A stretch of 45,366 nt of DNA, from the sequence record NC_019717.1, one strand, 5' to 3'. Shown here piece by piece: positions 37,549-45,366 of this stretch (the stretch's first letter is position 1; the number at the start of each line of letters is the position of its first letter). Under the pieces are notes generated by a model, which searched no databases, was not told the origin of the DNA, and worked only from the letters and a program-made list of their open reading frames with translations. The stretch is from Enterobacteria phage HK225. A program made the position numbers and the translations under genes.

Positions 37549-37988
37549 GCAACATCGACAAACGTGGATTACGGGAAGCAGCGGAGAAGGCGACGAAAGG
37601 CCGGTGGGCTGTTGAGTTCGACGATGAGATTTACTCCACTGACGGCGTGAACCATGAGCAAATAGCCATGGTATTCAGTGAAAACGAAGCGCGTGATGCT
37701 GCATTTATCGCCGCAGCCAACCCCGCCACCGTACTGGCGCTGTTGGATGAGCTGGAAGCCGCAGAGAAGCGCATAGCAGAACTGGAAGCGAATAAGTGTA
37801 AGCCAGTGATGTTTATTGATGGCGATATATCGCCTGCTGACGCTGACAAGTTGGCTGCTGTAATTCGCGAGTTCAACGAAGAAACAGAAACCCCTGCGGC
37901 TCGAATGGCGCGGATTATTCGCGAGAACCCGCATCCAACTAACATGTGCGATATGCCAGCCGCTGGCATTGGCGTGAAGGGGGAATGA
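37545..37988 (+). CDS. hypothetical protein (possibly Ead/Ea22-like)
   Basis: 147-aa ORF, translationally coupled; family assignment is recollection only. Confidence 0.4.
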   Translation: MSNIDKRGLREAAEKATKGRWAVEFDDEIYSTDGVNHEQIAMVFSENEARDAAFIAAANPATVLALLDELEAAEKRIAELEANKCKPVMFIDGDISPADADKLAAVIREFNEETETPAARMARIIRENPHPTNMCDMPAAGIGVKGE

Positions 37989-37989
37989 G

Positions 37990-38367
37990 ATGGCACTGAC
38001 GAAAAAACAGCGTGCAGAACTGCGCATGAAGTTTGGCGGTCGCTGTGCTTATTGCGGCTGTGAACTTGGCGATAAGTGGCATGCAGACCATGTAGAAGCG
38101 GTACGAAGAAATATCAGCAACGGCTACGCAATGGACAGGCCAGAAAATGACACGGTCAGCAACATGGTTCCAGCATGCATTCCATGCAACTTGTTCAAAA
38201 TGTGCAGCACAGTAGAAGACTTTCGCAGCCGCATAGCCACTCAGGTTGATGTAACTCGCCGTGCGTCAAGAAGTTACCGCACAGCGGAATCATTTGGCCT
38301 GGTTAAACAGACTAACGCACCAGTTGTGTTCTGGTTCGAGCGGTATCAAGAGGGGGATAACTTGTGA
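37990..38367 (+). CDS. HNH endonuclease
   Basis: CAYCGCEL...WHADHV...ACIPCN: two Cys pairs flanking an HxxH/N motif. Confidence 0.75.
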   Translation: MALTKKQRAELRMKFGGRCAYCGCELGDKWHADHVEAVRRNISNGYAMDRPENDTVSNMVPACIPCNLFKMCSTVEDFRSRIATQVDVTRRASRSYRTAESFGLVKQTNAPVVFWFERYQEGDNL

Positions 38368-38582
38368 CCAAAATATTCCTGAAGAATTATCCGCGCCAAA
38401 GCCGTGTTAAAGAGGCTCTATTTTTCCTTCTCTTTCTTATTTTAATGATTCCAATATCACCGATAGTCCTCATCTGGTTAGCAGGAGAACAGGCAGAAAA
38501 AATAGCTGAATGGTATAGCTCCATCGTATGGGGACCATTTAAAAAAATGCACAACAAATTAAATCCATACAGGGAGGGCTAA
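38364..38582 (+). CDS. small membrane protein (AT-rich)
   Basis: 72-aa ORF starting at GTG after GGGGGA; hydrophobic LFFLLFLILMIPISPIVLIWLAG. Confidence 0.4.
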   Translation: MTKIFLKNYPRQSRVKEALFFLLFLILMIPISPIVLIWLAGEQAEKIAEWYSSIVWGPFKKMHNKLNPYREG

Positions 38583-38585
38583 CCC

Positions 38586-39431
38586 ATGACCAAACTAACC
38601 AAAGAACGCTTGGAAGAAATCGCAGAGCTTGCAAGAAAGGCGACGTACAAGCCATGTGCAATGCACATGACGAATTTATTGGTAGTATGCGATAGCGAAG
38701 TTATCGAGGAAATGGCCCGCCAGTTGCTTGCAAGCATGGAGCAGGAGCCTGTGTCGTACACCTGTAGTGACGCGTTAGATGATGTTTACTGTGGTAGCGC
38801 AGCCATGATGGGGCCCGCTGGCGCTGTGGGAGAAGTACCACTCTACGCAGCACCACAGTTACCGCAGCCAGCGGTGTTATCAGTGTCTGAGGGCGTGCTT
38901 AAAAGCCTCTTACCCGATGTTGAGAAGTCCGAGTTCTGGTTTGAGCATAATGGGAAAATCTTTTTTGAAGGTGTGAGGTTTAACAATGCGGTATTTGAAG
39001 CCTGCCGCGCCGCCATGCTTCAGGCCGAACCTGTAAGTAATAGTGATGAGTTACCGCTGGACTATCTGCAAGGACACAAAGACGGCCTTGAGTGGGCTGC
39101 ACAATTGGCAGAAGCCAATCATCCGCAAACAGGTGACTGGTTGTACGACGACCCAATCGATCTTGCCAGGGCGATTCGCAAAGGTCCGGATATGCCTACT
39201 GTTCAGGGTGGCAACTCTCCGGTGATTCCGGATGACGTACGCCGCATGGACTGGCTGGTATCGAAAACCGTTGATGTTCGTGAGCCTATGGTTTACGGAA
39301 GCCATAGCCTTTTCTGGTCGCAGACCATCACGGATGAAGAGGATGATTATCACGCGACTAAATTACGCGAGCAAATCGATGCGGCTATGGCAGCTGAGCA
39401 GGCAGCTGCACCGCAGCAGGAGGCCGAATGA
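38586..39431 (+). CDS. hypothetical protein
   Basis: 281-aa ORF with GGAGGG SD. Confidence 0.5.
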   Translation: MTKLTKERLEEIAELARKATYKPCAMHMTNLLVVCDSEVIEEMARQLLASMEQEPVSYTCSDALDDVYCGSAAMMGPAGAVGEVPLYAAPQLPQPAVLSVSEGVLKSLLPDVEKSEFWFEHNGKIFFEGVRFNNAVFEACRAAMLQAEPVSNSDELPLDYLQGHKDGLEWAAQLAEANHPQTGDWLYDDPIDLARAIRKGPDMPTVQGGNSPVIPDDVRRMDWLVSKTVDVREPMVYGSHSLFWSQTITDEEDDYHATKLREQIDAAMAAEQAAAPQQEAE

Positions 39432-39763
39432 ACGATTTCGTTAAGCGAATTCAGCGTCTTGAGGCGGAGCGTGGTAAGACCATCACCACTGAGGTGGAGC
39501 TTGTCTCTTACGTCAAAGAGCGCAGCACTAGAAGCTCTGAGGCTCGTTACTACGTTAAGCACAGCAACCAACAGACGGTGCTTGAGCAGGGAATGGTGAT
39601 AAACAGAGATGGGTTTGGTAATCATCAAGCCAGCATCATCATCACTGATTTTCCGGGGCAGAAAACTCCGGAAGACGCGGCGCTCAAACTGGCTGATTGG
39701 TTAAAGCGCCTAGGAGAGTCCATCGAGGCTAATTTCAAAAAGCCAGAGGTGGATGATGCCTAA
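39428..39763 (+). CDS. hypothetical protein
   Basis: 111-aa ORF overlapping the previous stop. Confidence 0.5.
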   Translation: MNDFVKRIQRLEAERGKTITTEVELVSYVKERSTRSSEARYYVKHSNQQTVLEQGMVINRDGFGNHQASIIITDFPGQKTPEDAALKLADWLKRLGESIEANFKKPEVDDA

Positions 39764-39976
39764 CCCATTCGACGCATAACTAAACGTCAAGCAACGTTTG
39801 ATAAAACACTATCAACGAGCCATAATAAATCTGCCAGCGGCCTGAACAACCCTGGCAGACTTCTGCGCATTTAAGGGGACTTAAATGCGACCACAATCTG
39901 AACTCCTCACCTTGTCACAGATGCAGAAATGCACCTGCGATTTTCTGCATTCTGCGGCTTCCGTTAAGGAGGCCGT

Positions 39977-40432
39977 ATGATTATCCCCAAAGACGGCATC
40001 AAGCTACACCGTGGAAATCTTGGTGCTATCACTCAGCATCTGAAGCCACTTCTCGAAAACGGTGAGTGCTTCCGGCTCCAACTCAAAGACTGGCGCGAGA
40101 AGAGAAGCCTTTCACAAAATAGTCTGAGCCACGTTTGGTACAAGGAAATAAGCGACTACCTGATCAAGTCTGGGCGCACTGACGCAACGCCTGCATGGGT
40201 AAAGCGAAACCTCAAAAAAACTTATCTGGGTTATGAAGAGGTTGAGTACACCGATTTCGTCACCGGAATTAAGACGATTGAATTAGAACTCCGCCACACG
40301 TCCGATCTGGACACTGGCGACATGCACCATTTCATGTGCCAGGTGGAAGGCTGGTGCGCTCAGTTTGGCCTGGTGCTCACAATCCCTCAAAGCAGCGAAT
40401 TTCAGGTGCTGCGCGATAAGCAGGAGGCCTGA
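39977..40432 (+). CDS. ninB: NinB-like recombination protein
   Basis: 151-aa ORF; KRSLSQNSLSHVWYKEIS resembles the NinB RNRSLDQN region. Confidence 0.55.
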   Translation: MIIPKDGIKLHRGNLGAITQHLKPLLENGECFRLQLKDWREKRSLSQNSLSHVWYKEISDYLIKSGRTDATPAWVKRNLKKTYLGYEEVEYTDFVTGIKTIELELRHTSDLDTGDMHHFMCQVEGWCAQFGLVLTIPQSSEFQVLRDKQEA

Positions 40433-40602
40433 TGTCAACTCCACTTTCCCGCGTCATCACAAACGAAATCTTTCGCGTTCCGGCGCGCCGCAAGCCTAAG
40501 CCCGCGGTTAAGCCGTCCGATATCCCGACCCTGAAAGACTACACCGCCCGCCTGGTGGATCAGAAATGGCTGCGTCTCGCAGCGAGGAGAAAATCAGCAT
40601 GA
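40432..40602 (+). CDS. small basic hypothetical protein (56 aa, not in ORF track)
   Basis: ATG overlaps the ninB stop, CAGGAGG SD; stop overlaps the phosphatase start. Confidence 0.3.
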   Translation: MSTPLSRVITNEIFRVPARRKPKPAVKPSDIPTLKDYTARLVDQKWLRLAARRKSA

Positions 40603-41267
40603 GCATGTATCAACGAATTAATGGCGCTGACTGGCGCAATATCTTCGTCGTCGGCGATCTGCATGGGTGCTACACGCTGCTGATGAATGAGCTCGAAAAG
40701 GTTTCGTTCGACCCTGCGCGTGATTTGCTGATCTCGGTTGGTGACCTTGTTGACCGCGGCGCGGAAAACGTCGAGTGCCTGGATCTGATTACTATGCCGT
40801 GGTTCAGGGCAGTGCGCGGTAACCATGAGCAGATGATGGTTGATGGGCTTTCAGAGCATGGAAACGTCAATCACTGGCTGGTAAACGGTGGCGGTTGGTT
40901 CTTCAATCTCGACTATGACAAAGAGGTGCTGGCTAAGGCTCTGGTTCACAAGGCAGCTGAGTTACCACTCATCATCGAGCTGGTTACCTCCGATCGGAAA
41001 ATCGTAATTTGCCACGCTGACTACCCGCATAACGAATATGCGTTCGACAAGCCGGTCCCGAAAGACATGGTCATCTGGAATCGTGAGCGGGTTAGCGACG
41101 CTCAGGGCGGCATTGTCTCGCCGATAGCCGGTGCTGATCTGTTTATCTTCGGCCACACCCCTGCGCGCCAGCCCCTGAAGTATGCCAACCAGATGTACAT
41201 CGACACAGGAGCGGTGTTTTGCGGAAACCTCACGCTGGTTCAGGTGCAAGGTGGTGACCATGAGTAA
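40599..41267 (+). CDS. Ser/Thr protein phosphatase (lambda PPase / NinI-like)
   Basis: ATG at 40599 after GAGGAGA; metallophosphatase motifs GDLHG, GDLVDRG, GNHE; 222 aa. Confidence 0.85.
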   Translation: MSMYQRINGADWRNIFVVGDLHGCYTLLMNELEKVSFDPARDLLISVGDLVDRGAENVECLDLITMPWFRAVRGNHEQMMVDGLSEHGNVNHWLVNGGGWFFNLDYDKEVLAKALVHKAAELPLIIELVTSDRKIVICHADYPHNEYAFDKPVPKDMVIWNRERVSDAQGGIVSPIAGADLFIFGHTPARQPLKYANQMYIDTGAVFCGNLTLVQVQGGDHE

Positions 41268-41544
41268 AACCTACCGCAGCAAGAAGTGGCTCGCCGCAGT
41301 CGGGCAGATCGAACGTTGTGTTCTTTGTGGCGCATGGGGAACGCAGGTGGCACACCGGAACGAAGGGAAAGGCATGGGATTAAAAACTGATGACTGTGCG
41401 ACAGCTGCGCTCTGCGTTTGCTGTCATGACAGCATTGATAACGGGAATAAGCTGAACAGGGAAGAGCGCCGGCAGCTTATGGATCGCGCGATTGTTCTGA
41501 CAGTGATTGAAGTTGCCCGCCGCGGGCTGGTGGTGCCCGCATGA
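41260..41544 (+). CDS. Cys-rich nin-region protein (DUF1364-like)
   Basis: ATG at 41260 overlapping the phosphatase end; 94 aa with CVLCG and CVCCHDS cysteine pairs. Confidence 0.5.
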   Translation: MSKTYRSKKWLAAVGQIERCVLCGAWGTQVAHRNEGKGMGLKTDDCATAALCVCCHDSIDNGNKLNREERRQLMDRAIVLTVIEVARRGLVVPA

Positions 41545-41897
41545 AAATTTACGAAATTACGCCGATTGGCAAGCCCAGGATGACTCAGCGTGACCGATGG
41601 CATAAACGGCCAGCAACGGCAGCGTACTGGGCTTACAAAGAACAGGTCAGGTTGCTCGGCATCCGTCTGCCTGAGTCCGGATATCACGTCACGTTCGTTA
41701 TCCCCATGCCAAAGAGCTGGAGTAAGGCAAAGCGGGCGCAATATGTCGGCAAGCCACATCGACAAAAGCCGGACAAAGACAACCTGGAAAAAGCTTTGCT
41801 GGATGCAGTGTTTGACGAGGATAGCCATGTCTGGGACGGACGGGTTACCAAAATCTGGGGAGAAACCGGGCAAATCATTATTGAGGAGGCCAAATGA
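41541..41897 (+). CDS. rusA: RusA-family Holliday junction resolvase
   Basis: 118-aa ORF; RusA-like size and motifs (PKSWSKAKR...KPD.DNL). Confidence 0.75.
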   Translation: MKIYEITPIGKPRMTQRDRWHKRPATAAYWAYKEQVRLLGIRLPESGYHVTFVIPMPKSWSKAKRAQYVGKPHRQKPDKDNLEKALLDAVFDEDSHVWDGRVTKIWGETGQIIIEEAK

Positions 41898-42031
41898 AGC
41901 CAGAAACGCTTGAGATACTCCGCGCGCGCTGGCAGCGCCTTCGCATTTATCGCTACCGGGGATCGGTGCTGGTGGATTATCGCATTCTTCGTAATTTTGT
42001 TCGTATCTATCATTCAGCAGGAGCAGCCTAA
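41894..42031 (+). CDS. small hypothetical protein (45 aa, not in ORF track)
   Basis: ATG overlaps the rusA stop after GAGGAGG; stop overlaps the Q start. Confidence 0.3.
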   Translation: MKPETLEILRARWQRLRIYRYRGSVLVDYRILRNFVRIYHSAGAA

Positions 42032-42846
42032 TGAACCTCGAAAACACCGTGAAATATCACTTCGCCAAGTCGACGCTTATTAGCGACTCTCCGCGCGCCA
42101 CTGGTTCAGATTCGCTGACCGGGACGGATGTCATGGCGGCCATGGGCATGACCCAGGAACGTGCCGCCATGGGATACAGTGCCTTCCTCGGCAAGATGGG
42201 CATCAGTTACAACGATCGGGAGAGGGCGATTGAGTTGCTGTCTGAGTACGCGTTAACCAAATGCGATAAGGTTGCCGCGCTGCGTAAGTTGGATTCCGGG
42301 GTTAAGCCTAAGGTGATGCACCAGTTGGCCACCTTCGCTTTTGAAGATTACTCCCGCAGCGCTGCGAGCGTTAAGCAGTGTGATTGTTGCAGCGGGCAGG
42401 GATTTATTGAGGCCGACGTGTTCACAATGAAATCTCATTATTCAATGAGGATTCCTCAATGGGCGAAAGAGCTTGGTCAGTCACCGAGTGATTTCGAGGT
42501 TAAACGACAGGTTCGAGAGGTGGTTCGAGTGCTGTGCTCGAACTGCAAGGGGAAGAAGGTTGTCAGTTGTGCCTGCAATGATTGCCGGGGACGTGGGAAA
42601 GCCGTAGACCAGAAGGAAACGAAGAAACAGGGTGTGCCGGTTATGACTGACTGCAAGCGCTGCGGCGGGCGTGGATATGAACGCATTCCTTCAACTGAGG
42701 CCCACGCAGCTATTTGCCAGATTACGGATGTAATCAGCCTGGATACGTGGAAGAAGTCCGTTAAACCGTTCTATGATCAGCTGATTACGAAATTCGATAT
42801 TGAAGAGGCATGGGCAGAAAACCAACTGAAACAAATAACACGATAA
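42031..42846 (+). CDS. Q: late-gene antiterminator Q-like protein with four CxxCxGxG-type motifs
   Basis: 271-aa ORF immediately upstream of the late promoter/terminator and lysis genes; CDCCSGQG, CSNCKGKK, CNDCRGRG, CKRCGGRG. Confidence 0.55.
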   Translation: MNLENTVKYHFAKSTLISDSPRATGSDSLTGTDVMAAMGMTQERAAMGYSAFLGKMGISYNDRERAIELLSEYALTKCDKVAALRKLDSGVKPKVMHQLATFAFEDYSRSAASVKQCDCCSGQGFIEADVFTMKSHYSMRIPQWAKELGQSPSDFEVKRQVREVVRVLCSNCKGKKVVSCACNDCRGRGKAVDQKETKKQGVPVMTDCKRCGGRGYERIPSTEAHAAICQITDVISLDTWKKSVKPFYDQLITKFDIEEAWAENQLKQITR

Positions 42847-42865
42847 CGGCTATGGAAGTTAATTC

Positions 42866-42900
42866 CAGCTATTTACTTTTCCCGAATCTGTGTTAATTTT
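42866..42900 (+). promoter_or_regulatory. candidate late promoter (pR'-like)
   Basis: ATTTAC-N17-TAATTT between Q and the terminator. Confidence 0.3.
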
Positions 42901-42931
42901 ATCCCAACGATGGGTTAATGCCTTCGTTTCA

Positions 42932-42967
42932 AGCCCCGCGGATAACACCGTGGGGCTTTTGCGTTTC
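42932..42967 (+). terminator. strong intrinsic terminator (tR'-like)
   Basis: 10-bp stem AGCCCCGCGG-ataaca-CCGTGGGGCT followed by TTTTGCGTTTC. Confidence 0.7.
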
Positions 42968-43003
42968 TGGAGGTAACGGCGAGGCGCTACCCTCGCCTTA
43001 ACA

Positions 43004-43420
43004 TTAAGGGAGGGTTTTCATTACGCTATCAATCTCCCTTCCTTCAAATCTTGAAGTCCAGCCGCAGGAGCCGCAATGGTAAGGAAAGTCATCGAACCCG
43101 CTACCGACCTGTTTAAGACAGTTGGGGCAATAAACCGCGCTGATATACCCACCCGCGGGATTTTTTCTAAAGGCCGCACCCATGTGCTCGACAAACTCAT
43201 CCTTTGCCCGATAAGCCGCTATTTCCTTCTCAAGTTCTACGTTCTTGGCTTTCGCCTCGGCAAGTTCTGCTATGGTGGCAGCATGGGCTTTTTGAAGTAC
43301 GTCGATCTGCTCTCCAATGAAAGCGATGCGCTCGCGCAGGACCTCGTTACTTTGCACAGCAGAAAGCGCGCCGATCCCGTTTTTAAGGGACGCGATAAGT
43401 AATCCTACATCCATGGTCAT
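43004..43420 (-). CDS. hypothetical coiled-coil protein with C-terminal zinc ribbon, antisense to the late operon
   Basis: 138-aa ORF; CPNC...CGSC; ATG overlaps the stop of the upstream minus-strand ORF (ATGA). Confidence 0.5.
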   Translation of the reverse strand: MTMDVGLLIASLKNGIGALSAVQSNEVLRERIAFIGEQIDVLQKAHAATIAELAEAKAKNVELEKEIAAYRAKDEFVEHMGAAFRKNPAGGYISAVYCPNCLKQVGSGFDDFPYHCGSCGWTSRFEGREIDSVMKTLP

Positions 43421-43626
43421 TCCCTAATTGTCTGTGGAATGACCAATTTAGCAATTTCCTTTGTCTGTGGAAAGCAGGGAAACCACGCGCCGGGCGTGGA
43501 TAAATATCCCGGTATTGAATCGACTGTTGGCTGCCGCTTGGCGGCCTTTTTCATTTCAGGCTCACGGGAATCATCCGCTACGTGCTTTGTTGATAAATCC
43601 AGCCCGTGAAGCCTGAGCCTTTTCAT
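43417..43626 (-). CDS. hypothetical protein (uncertain start), upstream partner of the zinc-ribbon gene
   Basis: 69-aa ORF without a clear SD; contains the 12-bp direct repeat TTGTCTGTGGAA twice (43428 and 43461). Confidence 0.3.
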   Translation of the reverse strand: MKRLRLHGLDLSTKHVADDSREPEMKKAAKRQPTVDSIPGYLSTPGAWFPCFPQTKEIAKLVIPQTIRE

Positions 43627-43664
43627 ACACGCACAGCGCCATCCGAAAAATCGGAGGTGAGGCT

Positions 43665-43943
43665 ATGACCAGAATGAGCACCATTTACAGCAGACTTTCA
43701 TATGGAACAGGAACCACGCTGACCGGCTGCGGTGTATCAGCGAAGGCATATGCCGAAACAGCTAAAACAGCAAAAGAGGTGTCCTGGATGTTGGCCGACA
43801 GAATTGCAGGGTTAAGCCTGAGCGACTGGGCAATTATTGTCGGTATCGCATGCACTGTAATCACCTGTGCAGTGAATTGGTATTACAGGAAAAAGGAAAG
43901 GGAGGACCGGCTTAATGGCAATGTCACCAAAGCTGAAGAATAG
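43665..43943 (+). CDS. S: holin (pinholin-like, dual-start motif)
   Basis: strong SD GGAGGTGAGG; Met1-Thr-Arg-Met4 dual start; hydrophobic [20 protein letters not shown] then a charged C-terminus; precedes a SAR endolysin. Confidence 0.6.
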   Translation: MTRMSTIYSRLSYGTGTTLTGCGVSAKAYAETAKTAKEVSWMLADRIAGLSLSDWAIIVGIACTVITCAVNWYYRKKEREDRLNGNVTKAEE

Positions 43944-44487
43944 CGTTATTGCAGCGATACCCGCTGGCGCTATTGCTATCGCTGCGGCGTTGATTACTGG
44001 CCCAACGGGTAATGATGGCCTTGAAGGTGTACGCTATCAGCCTTATCGGGATGTTGTTGGAGTGTGGACTGTATGCTGGGGCCATACTGGTAAAGATATT
44101 ATCCTCGGCAAGACCTACACCAAAGCAGAGTGTCGAGCGTTACTTAATAAAGACCTCACCACCGTAGCGCAGCAGATTAATCCGTACATCAAGGTTCCGA
44201 TCCCTGAAACTACTCGGGGCGCTCTTTACTCGTTTGTCTACAACGTCGGTGCTGGCAATTTCAAAACCTCCACTCTTCTCTACAAAATAAACCAGGGTGA
44301 TATCAAAGGCGCATGTGATCAGCTTCGTCGATGGACATATGCCGGTGGTAAGCAATGGAAAGGGTTGATTACCCGGCGTGAGATTGAGCGTGAAGTTTGC
44401 CTGTGGGCAGAAAAACCTCAGGTTCTTGGTGATGGGCTCGGGCCGCTTAACCCAGGCATTCCGGTATCAGTTCCGGGGGTATTCTGA
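43915..44487 (+). CDS. R: SAR endolysin (lysozyme, phage 21 R-like)
   Basis: N-terminal signal-anchor-release segment [19 protein letters not shown]; catalytic [25 protein letters not shown]; near-identical stretches to recalled phage 21 endolysin. Confidence 0.85.
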   Translation: MAMSPKLKNSVIAAIPAGAIAIAAALITGPTGNDGLEGVRYQPYRDVVGVWTVCWGHTGKDIILGKTYTKAECRALLNKDLTTVAQQINPYIKVPIPETTRGALYSFVYNVGAGNFKTSTLLYKINQGDIKGACDQLRRWTYAGGKQWKGLITRREIEREVCLWAEKPQVLGDGLGPLNPGIPVSVPGVF

Positions 44488-45023
44488 TGAAACCCAGAAA
44501 AATTACGATTGTTGCGGTTCTGCTGGTGGCTGTCGTAATCATTATTGCAGTGCTTAGTGTATTACTGGTTCGTAGCCGCTCAGCTCTTGAAACAGAACAG
44601 AGTGAGAATCGGGTATTACGTAATGATAACGCGCTGCAGGCGACGGTGATAACTACACAGGCTTTCAACTTCAATCGGTTTAACCAGATAGCAGAGAACG
44701 CCAACCGCCTTAACTCGCTGATCGATGCCGGTACTGAGAAAACTGTCATCGAATACCGGGAGATTCTCCGACGTGAAAAGACCTGTGATCTGCCTGTTCC
44801 TGCTGATGTCGCTGGTGGGCTGCTCGAATACGCGCACCGTTTACGTGCCAGCGCAATGCACGCCGATACCGACGGACCTAACGCAGCCGATGATAGTACC
44901 GCTGCCGCCGGCTCAATAACGTACTGCCAGGCTGTGCTCTGGATTAAGCCGCTGCTGGCCGTGATTGAGAAGGGCAACAATAACCTGGCTGGCATACGGC
45001 AGATTGAAAAAGAGCGCAAGTGA
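44487..45023 (+). CDS. Rz: i-spanin Rz
   Basis: 178-aa ORF, N-terminal TM then coiled-coil; contains an embedded +1 frame lipoprotein ORF. Confidence 0.8.
   Translation: MKPRKITIVAVLLVAVVIIIAVLSVLLVRSRSALETEQSENRVLRNDNALQATVITTQAFNFNRFNQIAENANRLNSLIDAGTEKTVIEYREILRREKTCDLPVPADVAGGLLEYAHRLRASAMHADTDGPNAADDSTAAAGSITYCQAVLWIKPLLAVIEKGNNNLAGIRQIEKERK
44725..44919 (+). CDS. Rz1: o-spanin Rz1 (embedded lipoprotein)
   Basis: +1 frame inside Rz; lipobox LVGC then Pro-rich tail; true start may be the in-frame GTG at 44773. Confidence 0.6.
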   Translation: MPVLRKLSSNTGRFSDVKRPVICLFLLMSLVGCSNTRTVYVPAQCTPIPTDLTQPMIVPLPPAQ

Positions 45024-45179
45024 GCTTTAAAAAAAGCCTGGAGGCGCTCTCTTGGGGGCTATCTCGCACCGTCTGACGATGGACGTTTGGACGTCTAAAT
45101 GGGTTGGTTTTCGTGTGTCGATGTGTAAGTGATAATTATTATCGTTTGCGGGTCCTTTCCGGCGATCCGCCTTGTTACG

Positions 45180-45191
45180 GGGCGGCGTCCG
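45180..45191. other. cosN cohesive-end site
   Basis: GGGCGGCGTCCG at the position of lambda GGGCGGCGACCT; flanking sequence closely parallels lambda on both sides. Confidence 0.75.
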
Positions 45192-45366
45192 CGCAGATTC
45201 TCGCTATTTATGAAAATTTTCTGGTTTATGCCATTTCCGTTCTTCTTCTTGTTTACTCATTGTTTTTGTTAAAAACGTCCTCTCTCCAGAAAGGAAATGC
45301 TAATCATGGAAAACGGAAGTTAACCGTTGATTGTTTCCTTTCTCTGTTTTGTGCCAGGAGTGAGCC
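45192..45366. other. cosB terminase-binding region (R-site-like repeats), continuing into Nu1 at window start
   Basis: lambda-like TTTCCGTTCTTCTTC and TTTCCTTTCTCTGTTTT elements; window end joins window start. Confidence 0.6.

Noticed and set aside
37569-38027. 152-aa and 121-aa minus-strand ORFs opposite the Ead-like gene
   Set aside because: Antisense within a tightly coupled plus-strand operon; no SD; low-complexity translations.
44447-45019. 190-aa minus-strand ORF opposite Rz
   Set aside because: Antisense to the Rz/Rz1 spanin genes, which have clear functional signatures; no independent signals.
1-45366. CRISPR arrays, rRNA or tRNA genes
   Set aside because: No regularly spaced direct repeats with unique spacers and no tRNA-like sequence were seen by eye in the intergenic regions; a tRNA scan was not run, so a small tRNA cannot be fully excluded.

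Overview
The window is a complete lambda-like (lambdoid siphovirus) genome of about 45.4 kb in virion gene order, circularly permuted so that it opens at the Nu1 start codon and the cohesive-end site (cosN) lies near 45180. All calls come from reading the sequence and the supplied ORF track; no database search was run, so homology statements are recollection-based and GC statements are by eye. Gene order: 1-18.7 kb is a lambda-syntenic head and tail module (Nu1, A, W, B, C, D, E, FI, FII, Z, U, V, G/T with frameshift, H, M, L, K, I, J). 18.7-21.4 kb holds tail-tip accessory ORFs, a small lipoprotein moron, side tail fibre and its assembly protein. 21.4-24.5 kb holds a LexA-box-controlled DinI-like gene, a serine DNA invertase, an intact attP-side region and a tyrosine integrase with excisionase. 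24.4-31.3 kb is the leftward early operon (RecT, a 1129-aa RecE-like exonuclease, small unknown genes). 31.5-34.1 kb is the immunity region (OL-like repeats, CI repressor, OR). 34.1-42.8 kb is the rightward early operon (Cro, CII/YdaT-like, O with ori iterons, P, nin-region genes including HNH endonuclease, NinB, phosphatase, RusA, Q). 43.0-45.0 kb holds an antisense cassette followed by the lysis genes (pinholin-like holin, SAR endolysin, Rz/Rz1). The best candidates for an undescribed system are the AT-rich three-gene cassette downstream of cI (31925-33177, the lambda rexAB slot) and the antisense zinc-ribbon cassette between Q and the holin (43004-43626).
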